Shown one piece after another: positions 28,183-37,569 of a DNA stretch of 64,000 nucleotides (positions within the stretch are counted from its first letter, which is position 1; every line of letters starts with the position of its first letter). The notes under the pieces were generated by a model. It made no database searches. It saw only the letters and a program-made list of their open reading frames with translations, and was not told the origin of the DNA. Where the stretch lies: contig JAAWGF010000004.1 of assembly GCA_022795155.1 (NCBI GenBank), positions 1,322-65,321 of the forward strand, read 5' to 3'. The stretch is from Bacilli bacterium. GTDB taxonomy: Bacteria > Bacillota_I > Bacilli_A > RF39 > UBA660. The position numbers and the translations under genes were made by a program.

Positions 28183-28470
28183 ATGAGCCCAGATCAAAGA
28201 AGAATAATTAACAGAAAAATAAAAAAATATTATAAACAACTTAAGACGGCCAATTCTGATTATTTAATTAGTGTAGCATCAGATATTCTAATCTTTTTAA
28301 TAATGGCTCATCAAATTAAACGAGGAACTACGACACACATAGAAATCTTCTTTTTAATAGGTGCTGTTAGCTTTATTTTTACAATGCTTAATATTTCTAG
28401 AAAATCTATTTTAGAAATTCGAATTATTCAACTTAAAGAACAATTGAATTTAAATAGATATAAAAAATAA
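28183..28470 (+). CDS. small hypothetical membrane protein
   Basis: GGAGG RBS precedes ATG 28183. Basic N-terminus (SPDQRRIINRKIKKYYK), two hydrophobic helices, bracketed by terminators. Confidence 0.5.
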   Translation: MSPDQRRIINRKIKKYYKQLKTANSDYLISVASDILIFLIMAHQIKRGTTTHIEIFFLIGAVSFIFTMLNISRKSILEIRIIQLKEQLNLNRYKK

Positions 28471-28506
28471 TCTTATATTTATATATAATTATAATAAATA
28501 AAATTT

Positions 28507-28536
28507 AATCGTTGATACGCAACGATTTTTTCTTTT
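28507..28536 (+). terminator. rho-independent terminator
   Basis: AATCGTTG-atacg-CAACGATT followed by TTTTTCTTTT. Confidence 0.65.
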
Positions 28537-28650
28537 ATCAATATTGTCGAAAAATGTCCAAACTTGTCGCTTAAAATAAAATAAACATAGCAACTGTCGA
28601 TGTTATAATAAAGGCGTAAACTGCACCTAATTATGAATAAGGAGGTAACT

Positions 28651-29088
28651 ATGAAATTTTTAAAATATTTAACAGGAATTTTTGCGCTAACTTTACTTTT
28701 AAATTGTATTGGTGTAAATGCGTCAAATTATTTAATTTTAAATAATGTTGCTGTACCTATGAAACAGCAACCTAGCCCAGCTGTTACTGGTAAGGATGAA
28801 ATATCAGAACAATATGTACAAAACACTACAACATCTCATAATAGAGCTTTTCAGGCCCAAGTACTTGGTAAAAATATTTTTGGGGATACATGCTCAACAT
28901 CATACAAAAATTTACCAAAAAATACTTGGACTACCCATGGAAATTACTCTACTGATGGATGTGGATTAGAACCAGTTGGTGATAAAGCATTTTTGAATAT
29001 CAGAACATCATCAAGTTATAATGATACAACGTTCTTTTGGGGAACTTGGATTACTACTAAATCACTATATAACACTATGACAAAATAG
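28651..29088 (+). CDS. secreted protein of unknown function (first gene of ABC operon)
   Basis: AAGGAGG RBS precedes ATG 28651. Sec signal MKFLKYLTGIFALTLLLNCIGVNA/SN. The mature protein is about 120 aa, T/S/N/W-rich, with two Cys (GDTCSTSY, TDGCGLEP). No family recognised. Confidence 0.6.
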   Translation: MKFLKYLTGIFALTLLLNCIGVNASNYLILNNVAVPMKQQPSPAVTGKDEISEQYVQNTTTSHNRAFQAQVLGKNIFGDTCSTSYKNLPKNTWTTHGNYSTDGCGLEPVGDKAFLNIRTSSSYNDTTFFWGTWITTKSLYNTMTK

Positions 29089-29134
29089 AAAGAAGCTATC
29101 ATAATTGTGCAGTTTACATTATTAGGAGTTAAAT

Positions 29135-30037
29135 ATGAAGAAAATTGTAAAAAAACATAAATTTTTGATAGTAATAATTCTATTATTATGTCTTTATTTT
29201 TTATATTGTGCTATAAAGTATAACATAAGTTATAATAAAATGGTTAGTGATGTTAATAGAATTATTGTAGGCATTGCAGATGGAACATTAGAACCGTTAG
29301 GTAATAATTTTAATCCTCAGATACCAGTTAAGACTGATGCTATTTCGTTATTTTTTTCAATATTGAATAGTGACTTTCGTTTTTTAATCTCAATATTACC
29401 ACTATTTATATTATTGCCAAGTTGCTACAATTTTTACCAAAAAATGAAATCGGGAATTATCCGTAGTGAAATATTGCGCCAAAATTATAATCAATATATT
29501 AAGCAAAATATTATTGAGACATATAGAAGTATATTAATTATTCCTATATTTTTAATAATTAGTTTTTTAATTAGTTTTTTAGTTTGTGGGAGATTAGATA
29601 TATGGAATAAATATGATAATATTTTTGCTTACCAAATGGAGAACCCATTAGACCAGGAATATATTTTACTATTGCCAGTTTTTTGGATACTTTATATAAT
29701 TAATCACATTTTGTTATCAGGATATTATATTAATTTAACGTTAGTATTTATAAGAAAAAAAATGCCATATTTAGTCAGTTGTGTCGCGTCTTTTTTAGTC
29801 ATTTTAGGTATATCGGTGTTTTTAGAAATTGTTATTGGTAAGTGGTTATTAGAACTTTTATTTGGCATTAAGGGAATGAATGCAACATTTAATAGTTTTT
29901 GCTTTTGGATACCTGGAGACCATTCTAATATATATATTCAATTTTTAATATCACTATTCTTGTTTATAGCCTCTAGTTTTTTAGTTCATATTTATTATAA
30001 AAATAAAGAAAAGGTGTTAATTGAAAATGAATTATAA
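29135..30037 (+). CDS. polytopic membrane protein (putative ABC-associated permease subunit 1)
   Basis: 300 aa with at least 6 hydrophobic helices. Its 3' end overlaps the next gene. Confidence 0.55.
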   Translation: MKKIVKKHKFLIVIILLLCLYFLYCAIKYNISYNKMVSDVNRIIVGIADGTLEPLGNNFNPQIPVKTDAISLFFSILNSDFRFLISILPLFILLPSCYNFYQKMKSGIIRSEILRQNYNQYIKQNIIETYRSILIIPIFLIISFLISFLVCGRLDIWNKYDNIFAYQMENPLDQEYILLLPVFWILYIINHILLSGYYINLTLVFIRKKMPYLVSCVASFLVILGISVFLEIVIGKWLLELLFGIKGMNATFNSFCFWIPGDHSNIYIQFLISLFLFIASSFLVHIYYKNKEKVLIENEL

Positions 30038-30785
30038 AAATATAAGTAGTAATATAAAAAATTTTATAAATACACCAATATTTAAGGTATTATATATAAT
30101 ATCACTTGTTATAACTTTTTGCATTTTACTTGGGACTAAACAATCATTGCCAGAATTATCATATTTTGAATTATACTATGTCTTACTTACTAATCCATCT
30201 TTTATTTTATTTAATTATTTTCTTATCTCTTTAATCGCAAGTATTAGTTTCTTTTATAATATTAATAAACGATATTCATATATCATACGCTTAAAATTAA
30301 AAAAGGAATATCTGATTTATTTACTAAAAAATATTTGGATAATAAATATCTTTATTTTTATTATAATCACTCTTAGTTGTTTAATATTACTAAATCTATT
30401 TGGAAATAATTTTAGTCTATCGATGTTTGTTAACTACAATATCCCAAATATTATCTATATTATTTATATTTTAGTTCGACTATTACTTTTATGTGGTTTT
30501 TTATCAGTTATTAGTGTTTTGCTTTTATTATTAATTAATAATAAGATTGTTATTATTGCTAATTTATTGTTATATGGGATGATTAAAGAACAACCAATTC
30601 GTTTTAATTTAAGGACAAGCTTAATGGATTTTACTTTTTGGATAGGAAATTATGTTATTCCAGATATATATAGCTCATTTTTGCTAGATATATGTTGCAC
30701 AAGCCTATTTTTAGTTATCATAACTATCATAACCATTATTATTTTTAATGTTGTTCTGAAAAATATGAAACAAGTGGGTGATTAG
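30027..30785 (+). CDS. polytopic membrane protein (putative permease subunit 2)
   Basis: About 250 aa, extremely I/L/F-rich, about 6 TM helices. AAGGTG lies upstream, and ATG 30027 overlaps the previous stop. Confidence 0.55.
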   Translation: MNYKNISSNIKNFINTPIFKVLYIISLVITFCILLGTKQSLPELSYFELYYVLLTNPSFILFNYFLISLIASISFFYNINKRYSYIIRLKLKKEYLIYLLKNIWIINIFIFIIITLSCLILLNLFGNNFSLSMFVNYNIPNIIYIIYILVRLLLLCGFLSVISVLLLLLINNKIVIIANLLLYGMIKEQPIRFNLRTSLMDFTFWIGNYVIPDIYSSFLLDICCTSLFLVIITIITIIIFNVVLKNMKQVGD

Positions 30786-30786
30786 A

Positions 30787-31470
30787 ATGTTTATAATGAA
30801 AAAAGATTTAAGTAAATTTTTTAAGAAAAATTATAAAATAATTTTATTTATATTATCAGTTATTACTATCTTTTGTATATACGCCAAAAAAAATTATTCA
30901 GATGTGAAAGAATTGTTTATGATTACATTAGGGTTAACAGTATACCCAAATAGTTTTCCTATTGATTATATTATTTTTGTTTTTCATATTGGTATTAATT
31001 TATATATTACCCTATATATATTTTATAGCCTATTTAAGAATGATATCGAAACAATATTTTTAAGATTACCTATCACTACATGGTTTCTATATAAGGAAAT
31101 CTCTATTATGATTATATTATTTATTATTAAATTAGTTTTATATTTTATTACATCATTAATTAGCCAATATAAAAGCATTGGCAATATTATTAAATTTTTA
31201 TTAATAGATAATCTGTTAACTTTTAATATTGGTTTATTAGCCCTATTATTATTAATGTTGTTATATAAAAACAAGATATTGTCAATTATAAGTTTAATAA
31301 TAATTATAGCGATAATTACCATTTTTAAGATACCTTTAATAGTTTCAGGGTGTATGAATTTATGGATTTATTTCATTTTTATTTATATTTTAATATTTTT
31401 ACTACTTACGAAACTTATCAAAAATCAATATATAACATTATTTGAAAGGAGTATAAAGAAATGCGAATAG
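30787..31470 (+). CDS. polytopic membrane protein (putative permease subunit 3)
   Basis: About 227 aa, about 6 TM helices. The start is 1-2 nt after the previous stop, and the 3' end overlaps the ABC ATPase start. Confidence 0.55.
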   Translation: MFIMKKDLSKFFKKNYKIILFILSVITIFCIYAKKNYSDVKELFMITLGLTVYPNSFPIDYIIFVFHIGINLYITLYIFYSLFKNDIETIFLRLPITTWFLYKEISIMIILFIIKLVLYFITSLISQYKSIGNIIKFLLIDNLLTFNIGLLALLLLMLLYKNKILSIISLIIIIAIITIFKIPLIVSGCMNLWIYFIFIYILIFLLLTKLIKNQYITLFERSIKKCE

Positions 31471-32105
31471 ATGTTAAAAATGTGACAAAAGCATTTAAGC
31501 AAATTACCATACTGGAAAATATAAATATGACATTTGAGAGTGGTAAGATATATGGGTTAATTGGGAGAAATGGTAGTGGAAAAAGCGTTTTCCTAAAAAT
31601 GCTTTGTGGTTTTTATTCACCTACTAATGGCGAAATACTATTTGATAATATTAATTGTATAAAACAACAAATATTTCCTCCCAATACCAGAGCTTTAATT
31701 GAGAAGCCCGATTTTATATCGGATTTAAGCGGTTATGAAAATTTAGAACTTTTAGCAAAAATTCAAAATAAAATTGGTAGAGATGAAATTATTGAAGCTT
31801 TAAAGAAGGTAAATTTGTTAGAAGACATGGATAAAAAATTTAGTAAGTATTCATTAGGAATGAAACAAAAATTAGGCATTGCTCAAGTCTTGATGGAAAA
31901 TCCTGAAGTTATGATTTTGGATGAACCATTTAATGGGATAGAGGATGATACGGTTGATTTTTTGAGGGACTTATTAATAAAGGAGAAAAAAAATGGTAAA
32001 ATTATTATTTTAGCTACCCATATTAAAGACGACGTCTTAAAGATTGTCGATGAATTATATAAATTTGATAAAAAGAATGTAACAAAATTAGAAAATTTTA
32101 AGTAA
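31461..32105 (+). CDS. ABC transporter ATP-binding protein (ABC-2/immunity-type)
   Basis: Walker A GRNGSGKS, signature-like YSLGMKQKL, Walker B MILDEPFNG, H-loop LATH. AAGGAG RBS. Confidence 0.9.
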   Translation: MRIDVKNVTKAFKQITILENINMTFESGKIYGLIGRNGSGKSVFLKMLCGFYSPTNGEILFDNINCIKQQIFPPNTRALIEKPDFISDLSGYENLELLAKIQNKIGRDEIIEALKKVNLLEDMDKKFSKYSLGMKQKLGIAQVLMENPEVMILDEPFNGIEDDTVDFLRDLLIKEKKNGKIIILATHIKDDVLKIVDELYKFDKKNVTKLENFK

Positions 32106-32387
32106 ATTGTTGATATTTATTCTAAAATATTAAGAAATATAAACAAAATAGCTTTTTATAAAAATACATTATGCTGTATTTTTTTATATATTAGGAAAGC
32201 AATCCAAAAAATGGAAAAGTATTGTACTATGAACATATATATATTATAATATTTTTATAAACAAAGTGATAGCATTATAATAAATATAGCTCATAAATTT
32301 AGAATAGTATTATTGCTAAAATTTTTAATGGCGGAATAATTGTCAAACTATCATAAAAAAATAGGCATATTTTTATAGGAGGACCAT

Positions 32388-32936
32388 ATGAGATGTATAA
32401 AGACGATTAAAGATGAAGAACTTGGATTTAATAGTATACCATTTAAAGAAGAATCAAGACGCTTTGGTTCAAGAGGAATTATATTAAATGACAATGATGA
32501 AATCGCCATGTTGTATATGAGGCATAAAGGCGTATATAAGTTAATTGGGGGCGGAATTGAAAAAGGAGAACAACCCCAAGATGCTTTTAAAAGAGAAGTT
32601 CTAGAAGAAACAGGATATAAGATAGAAATTGATGAATATATAGGAACCATCGACGAATTTAAATCCCAGATTAATTTTAAGCAAACTTCATATGTCTATA
32701 TTTCTCATATAATAGAAAATATTGGTTATACAAATTTAACAGAACAAGAAATAGATTCAGGATCAGAACTTTTATGGCTTAATGTAGACAATGCTATAGA
32801 GGCAATTATAAATAGTGAAGAATCGCTAGAATATTTAGAATTAGAAGAAGCATATCATCTTAAATTTATAGTTAAAAGGGACTATGAGATATTGCGTTAT
32901 TATAAGGATAATTATAGACATTTTTTAAAAAAATAG
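32388..32936 (+). CDS. NUDIX hydrolase
   Basis: Nudix box GGGIEKGEQPQDAFKREVLEETGY. Confidence 0.85.
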   Translation: MRCIKTIKDEELGFNSIPFKEESRRFGSRGIILNDNDEIAMLYMRHKGVYKLIGGGIEKGEQPQDAFKREVLEETGYKIEIDEYIGTIDEFKSQINFKQTSYVYISHIIENIGYTNLTEQEIDSGSELLWLNVDNAIEAIINSEESLEYLELEEAYHLKFIVKRDYEILRYYKDNYRHFLKK

Positions 32937-32999
32937 ATGCTCTATTTTTATTGACTATTATGATTAAACTGGTTATAATAGCTACAAAAGGGTGATATT

Positions 33000-33665
33000 A
33001 TGCATCTAATAAAAAATTTAATATATAATGAAAAGATTTTATTAAAAGATAATTTCCAATTTAAAACTTGCAATCAAGGACTTTATTTATCCAGACATAC
33101 ATGCCAAAATGATATAAATGATAGATATTATTTAAATATCAAATTATTAGAAGATAATAATTTGATTAATCAAGGGTATTTATATTTTTATATAGATTTT
33201 AATAAATTACAAAGTGAACTTATTGGTGTTGGTATTGAACCAGAATATAGGAATTATGGTCTTGCCTCATTGTTAATATCAAGTTGGATAAAATTATGTA
33301 TAGAACAGGGGATTAATAATTTACAAACAATTCCAAAACAAAGAAAACCATTTTTATTGTATCTTTTAAAAAAGTATAGATTTGAACTTGAAAATACGGG
33401 AATTTATGAGACATCTTCAAGAATGGTTTATATTTGTCGAGAGAATGGGAGCAATGATAAATTAATTATGTTTAAAGATGAACGAGAAAAAAGATTATTT
33501 AATAATAGTAATATCATGAAAACTGATAATTACAGGATAATTGATACATTAACAGCTGATATAGAGATTGTTGATAAAGTAGTTTTGTATTTTCCATATT
33601 TTTTACAAGATAATGAATTTGCATATCAGAAATCATTGAGTATTTATAATAAACATAAGATATAA
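33000..33665 (+). CDS. GNAT-like acetyltransferase-fold protein
   Basis: IGVGIEPEYRNYGLASLLISSWIKLCIEQG resembles GNAT motif A. The rest is unrecognised. Confidence 0.45.
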   Translation: MHLIKNLIYNEKILLKDNFQFKTCNQGLYLSRHTCQNDINDRYYLNIKLLEDNNLINQGYLYFYIDFNKLQSELIGVGIEPEYRNYGLASLLISSWIKLCIEQGINNLQTIPKQRKPFLLYLLKKYRFELENTGIYETSSRMVYICRENGSNDKLIMFKDEREKRLFNNSNIMKTDNYRIIDTLTADIEIVDKVVLYFPYFLQDNEFAYQKSLSIYNKHKI

Positions 33666-33679
33666 AAATATATTGAATA

Positions 33680-34045
33680 ATGTTATTACAGATTGGTGAG
33701 TTTTCTAAAAAAAGCGGTACATCTATTAGGACATTACGATATTATGATAAAATAGATTTATTTACAGGATATATATAGTAATGAACAAATAAATGATTTA
33801 GGACTTATAAATAAATTAAAATCTATAGGTTTTTGTTTAGCCGAAATAAAAAATATTTGAATAAATTTAACAACGAAATTATGTTACAAAAGCAACAAGA
33901 ACTGAAAGAACAATTAAAAAATTTAAATAAAAACATTAAGGAATTGGATTATTTACGAAGTCATATCATAAATGGGAAAATAATTGATAAATTGCCATCT
34001 GAATCGCATAAAATTAAATCACTATATAAGGAGGAAAATAGATGA
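33680..34045 (+). pseudogene. MerR-family transcriptional regulator, frameshifted
   Basis: Frame 1 reads MLLQIGEFSKKSGTSIRTLRYYDKIDLFTGYI then TAG (33776-33778). The next frame reads YSNEQINDLGLINKLKSIGFCLAEIKNI then stop. A third frame, entered in the A-run at 33848-33853, reads ...KYLNKFNNEIMLQKQQELKEQLKNLNKNIKELDYL (coiled coil). All three pieces are colinear with a MerR HTH plus dimerisation helix. Confidence 0.8.
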
Positions 34046-35106
34046 AAGATACAAATTTGATTATTGGTAAAAAAAATACAGGAAAAACGAGGAATATATT
34101 ATTTAAAGAGATAAATCAGTTAATAAGACAAAATGATAATTTACTAATTTATGATAATAGGGATGAATATTATCTAATGTTTTCAGAAAAATTAAAGGAA
34201 AACAATTATAATATTATTACGCTAAATTTACTTGATACTACAAAAACAAATGGCTATAACCCCCTTTTACTACCATATTTGTTATATAAGGAAAACACTA
34301 TTGATAAAGCGATGGGTATGATAAATGATTTAGCACTCGAAATTTTTAAATCAGATAACTCAAATATAGATCCATTTTGGGAAAATATGAGTGCTAATTA
34401 TTTTACAGGACTTGTTTTAATATTATTTAATGAAGCCAATAAAGAGGAAATTAATATTGGTAGTATACAAGTATTAATGAATCAAGGGGAGCTAAAACTA
34501 GATAATAGAACATATTTACAAAAATATTTGGAGGATATCGATGTTACAAACACAATTTATTCTTTATTATCACCAATAGTATTTGCACCATTTGATACAA
34601 AAGGAAGCATTATATCATTTGCTAAACAAAAATTAAATAATTATTTAATTCGTGAGCAATTATTAAATTTATTAAATACAAATGAGATAAATTTGCAAGA
34701 AATAAAGGAGAAAACTGCTATCTATATATTAGGAAACGAATCGATAAATCCTATTGCTAATATTTTTATTAATCAAATAATACAAAATGTTAATATTCCA
34801 TTTACGTTTGTTTTAGACAATTTTGATTCTTTAAAAAGATTGTCTAATTTTGATTATTTAATTAAAAATGCTAGTTATCTTCATCATAAAGTATATGTGG
34901 CTATTCATAATGAAAGTGAATTTAAAGAAAAATATGGTAAATATGTAATAGATAATTTTGAGAATATTATTAATTTAAATGAAGATCTTAATTTATCACA
35001 GGAATCAATTGATTTAGAAATAATTGGTAATGGTTATATATATCCAAAATTAAAACTTCAAAAACATAAATATTTTAATTTTAAATTATTTATTGATAGT
35101 AATTAA
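34042..35106 (+). CDS. VirD4/TraG (type IV coupling protein)-like P-loop NTPase, soluble and possibly degenerate
   Basis: GKKNTGKT (Walker A), NLLIYDNRDEYY..., ITLNLLDTTKTNGYNPL, DPFWENMSANYFTGL and FVLDNFDSL (Walker B position reads DNF rather than DEF) follow T4CP motif order. It has no TM domain. The start overlaps the MerR pseudogene stop (ATGA). Confidence 0.45.
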   Translation: MKDTNLIIGKKNTGKTRNILFKEINQLIRQNDNLLIYDNRDEYYLMFSEKLKENNYNIITLNLLDTTKTNGYNPLLLPYLLYKENTIDKAMGMINDLALEIFKSDNSNIDPFWENMSANYFTGLVLILFNEANKEEINIGSIQVLMNQGELKLDNRTYLQKYLEDIDVTNTIYSLLSPIVFAPFDTKGSIISFAKQKLNNYLIREQLLNLLNTNEINLQEIKEKTAIYILGNESINPIANIFINQIIQNVNIPFTFVLDNFDSLKRLSNFDYLIKNASYLHHKVYVAIHNESEFKEKYGKYVIDNFENIINLNEDLNLSQESIDLEIIGNGYIYPKLKLQKHKYFNFKLFIDSN

Positions 35107-35113
35107 AATTTAA

Positions 35114-35142
35114 AAGAATAAGATTTCCATCTTATTCTTTTT
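35114..35142 (+). terminator. strong rho-independent terminator
   Basis: 11-bp stem AAGAATAAGAT-ttcc-ATCTTATTCTT followed by TTT. Confidence 0.8.
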
Positions 35143-35232
35143 GATAATGATAGATAGGTAGTGTTTATCTATTTTAGCAATTATGTTAAAATAATTATAA
35201 TTGAATTATTTGTAAATGAGAGGAGAAAATAT

Positions 35233-36090
35233 ATGCTGATTTATAAAAATACTTTTGACAATATAAAAACAAAAGATTTACAATTTTCGGTAGAAGATCA
35301 GTATTATGCTAACGCTAATGAGGCTATCGTAGTTGATGGTATTACTAGGGACCCAATTGGGCTTGATGATTTTAAAGTTTATTCCGCATCTGAATTTTTA
35401 AAATTTTATCCACGTCCTAGTGGTGCAGAACTAGCAGCCAAAAAAATTGTAGAAACATTCAAAAATAGTTCTGGTAGTCTTCAACAAAGATTAATAAAGT
35501 GTAATCAAATGGTGAAAGAGCTAAATATAAAAAGTATCTCTAGATGTGATTTTTTACAAAATGATTATTTTGGAGCGGTCGCATCTTGTATACAAATACA
35601 AAATAATATTTTAAACTACGGTTTTATTTGCGACTGTGGTATAATTGTCTACGACTATATGGGCAAAATTAAATTTCAAACTGAAGATGAAAAAGAACTT
35701 TATAGTGACTACTATATAAATAAAGCGATGAAAGAACTGGGTATCTCATGGAATTTGCCTGAAGCTAGAGTAATGGTGCGAAGGGATTTTAGAAATAATA
35801 TAGATAATATTCAAGATGGTAGATGTGTTTCCTATGGAGCTCTTACAGGTGAAGAAAGTGCCAATAGATTTATAAGAACAGGTTCTATTAAATTAGATGA
35901 ATCTGACATAGTTATTGTTTATAGTGATGGCTTTTCTAACTTTTTGCATACTACCGCCTTTATAGAACAAATATTAAATTTTGAAAAAGAAAAATTTGAA
36001 CAATATGTAAATACGACTTCTATATCTGATTATGATAAATATGGTAAAGAAAAAACATTAGTCATTTTCAAAAATAATATATTAAATTAA
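35233..36090 (+). CDS. PP2C/SpoIIE-like phosphatase-fold protein (tentative)
   Basis: ANEAIVVDGITRD and DIVIVYSDGFSNFL resemble the first and last metal-binding Asp motifs of PP2C_2 proteins. AGGAG RBS precedes ATG 35233. Confidence 0.35.
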   Translation: MLIYKNTFDNIKTKDLQFSVEDQYYANANEAIVVDGITRDPIGLDDFKVYSASEFLKFYPRPSGAELAAKKIVETFKNSSGSLQQRLIKCNQMVKELNIKSISRCDFLQNDYFGAVASCIQIQNNILNYGFICDCGIIVYDYMGKIKFQTEDEKELYSDYYINKAMKELGISWNLPEARVMVRRDFRNNIDNIQDGRCVSYGALTGEESANRFIRTGSIKLDESDIVIVYSDGFSNFLHTTAFIEQILNFEKEKFEQYVNTTSISDYDKYGKEKTLVIFKNNILN

Positions 36091-36125
36091 TAAATTTTAT
36101 CTAAATATTATAAGGAGGATTAAAA

Positions 36126-36755
36126 ATGGAATATCTGGATATTTATGATGAAGATGGAAATCACTTGGGACATGAAAGCAGAGATGTGGTTCATAGAGAT
36201 GCTTTATGGCACAACACTGTCCATTGCTGGTTATATGATAAGGAAGGTAATATTTATTTTCAAATAAGTAAAGATGAACAAAAACTATATACAACAGCAT
36301 CTGGTCATGTTAAAGCTGGCGAAACTATCAAGGAAGCATTTGGTAGAGAGGTAAAGGAAGAAATTGGAATTAATATTAACTATGATAAGGCAATTTTTGT
36401 GAATGTATATAAATTTATTATGGACAAGAATAAAAATGATGGTACTTTATTTAGAGATCGAGCATTCTCTAATATTTATGTTTGTGTTTTTGATGGCGAG
36501 AATAATAATTTTTCATTTGATGATAATGAATTATCGGGGTTAGTCAAAATTAATGCTAAAGAAACATTGAATATTTTAAAGAATGAAAAGGGAAAACTAA
36601 ATGCCACAATTATTCAAAGTGAAAATAATGGTATTGTTGAGCATGAAAAACAAATTGAATTTAATGACTTTTTAGTTAATTATGGTGAAACAGCAATTAG
36701 CAAATATGGTGATGCATTAAGAAAAGTTATTGAGCTTACAAGTATTAATAATTAG
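36126..36755 (+). CDS. NUDIX hydrolase (YfcD-like)
   Basis: Nudix box ASGHVKAGETIKEAFGREVKEEIGI. AAGGAGG RBS. Confidence 0.85.
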   Translation: MEYLDIYDEDGNHLGHESRDVVHRDALWHNTVHCWLYDKEGNIYFQISKDEQKLYTTASGHVKAGETIKEAFGREVKEEIGININYDKAIFVNVYKFIMDKNKNDGTLFRDRAFSNIYVCVFDGENNNFSFDDNELSGLVKINAKETLNILKNEKGKLNATIIQSENNGIVEHEKQIEFNDFLVNYGETAISKYGDALRKVIELTSINN

Positions 36756-36809
36756 TATGTGTTGTGTTAATTAAGCAAAAGTATTATAATGTAATAAAGT
36801 GGGTGTATT

Positions 36810-37502
36810 ATGGATTTTAGAATATATTTTATGCTTTTTATTGTGTACGCATTAATTGGTTGGATTGTAGAAGTAGTGGGAATTTTAATCCAAGAAAAAA
36901 AGTTTGTCAATCGAGGTTTTTTAATTGGCCCATATTGTCCAATATATGGTGTTGGCGGAATAACGATTATTCTCTTATTAAATAAATATATGGAAGACCC
37001 AATTATTTTATTTGTTATGGCTATTGTTATATGTTCGTTGCTAGAATATTTTACAAGTTATATAATGGAAAAATTATTTAAAACCAGATGGTGGGATTAT
37101 TCTAATTTTAAATTTAATATTAATGGGCGTATCTGTTTAGAAACAATGTGGGCTTTTGGAGCTTTAGCATGCTTTGTGATATATGTAATTAATCCTCCTT
37201 TAATTAATCTTTTAAAATCGTTGCCCAATATTGTTTTTAGCATAATTTCCTATTCAATAATGGTACTATTTTTAGTAGATAACATTATTTCATTTAAGAT
37301 AATTTCAAATGTAAAAGTAACAGCTAAAAATGTAAAGAAAGATAATACTGAAGAGATGACAAGATATGTTCGAGATGCGCTAAGCAAAAAATCATTGTTA
37401 AATAAACGTCTAATTAATGCATTTCCTAATTTACAGGCATGTATAAAAAATATAAAAAATGGTCTAAAAAGAGGACTAAATAATAATGGGAAAAAGAAAT
37501 AA
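36810..37502 (+). CDS. DUF1113 / putative ABC-transporter type IV (CmpB-like) membrane protein
   Basis: IGWIVEVVGILIQEKKFVNRGFLIGPYCPIYGVGG and LEYFTSYIMEKLFKTRWWDYS match the family signature from memory. Confidence 0.6.
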   Translation: MDFRIYFMLFIVYALIGWIVEVVGILIQEKKFVNRGFLIGPYCPIYGVGGITIILLLNKYMEDPIILFVMAIVICSLLEYFTSYIMEKLFKTRWWDYSNFKFNINGRICLETMWAFGALACFVIYVINPPLINLLKSLPNIVFSIISYSIMVLFLVDNIISFKIISNVKVTAKNVKKDNTEEMTRYVRDALSKKSLLNKRLINAFPNLQACIKNIKNGLKRGLNNNGKKK

Positions 37503-37535
37503 TTGTCATCAATTATTCTTTTTTTTTACTTATTT

Positions 37536-37544
37536 TGGTATAAT
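37536..37544 (+). promoter_or_regulatory. extended -10 element (TGGTATAAT) upstream of the TerB_N/ATPase/helicase operon
   Basis: TGnTATAAT lies 26 nt before ATG 37570. No good -35 is present, consistent with an extended -10 promoter. Confidence 0.4.
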
Positions 37545-37569
37545 AAGTTAAGAATGATTGGTGAGGTAT

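Noticed and set aside
36126-36755. Nudix protein as a type-1 isopentenyl-diphosphate isomerase functionally linked to the IspH fusion
   Set aside because: The Nudix box is generic. The IDI-specific catalytic Cys context (NSCCGHP) is absent (TTASGHV), and the gene lies 6 kb away in a different transcription unit.
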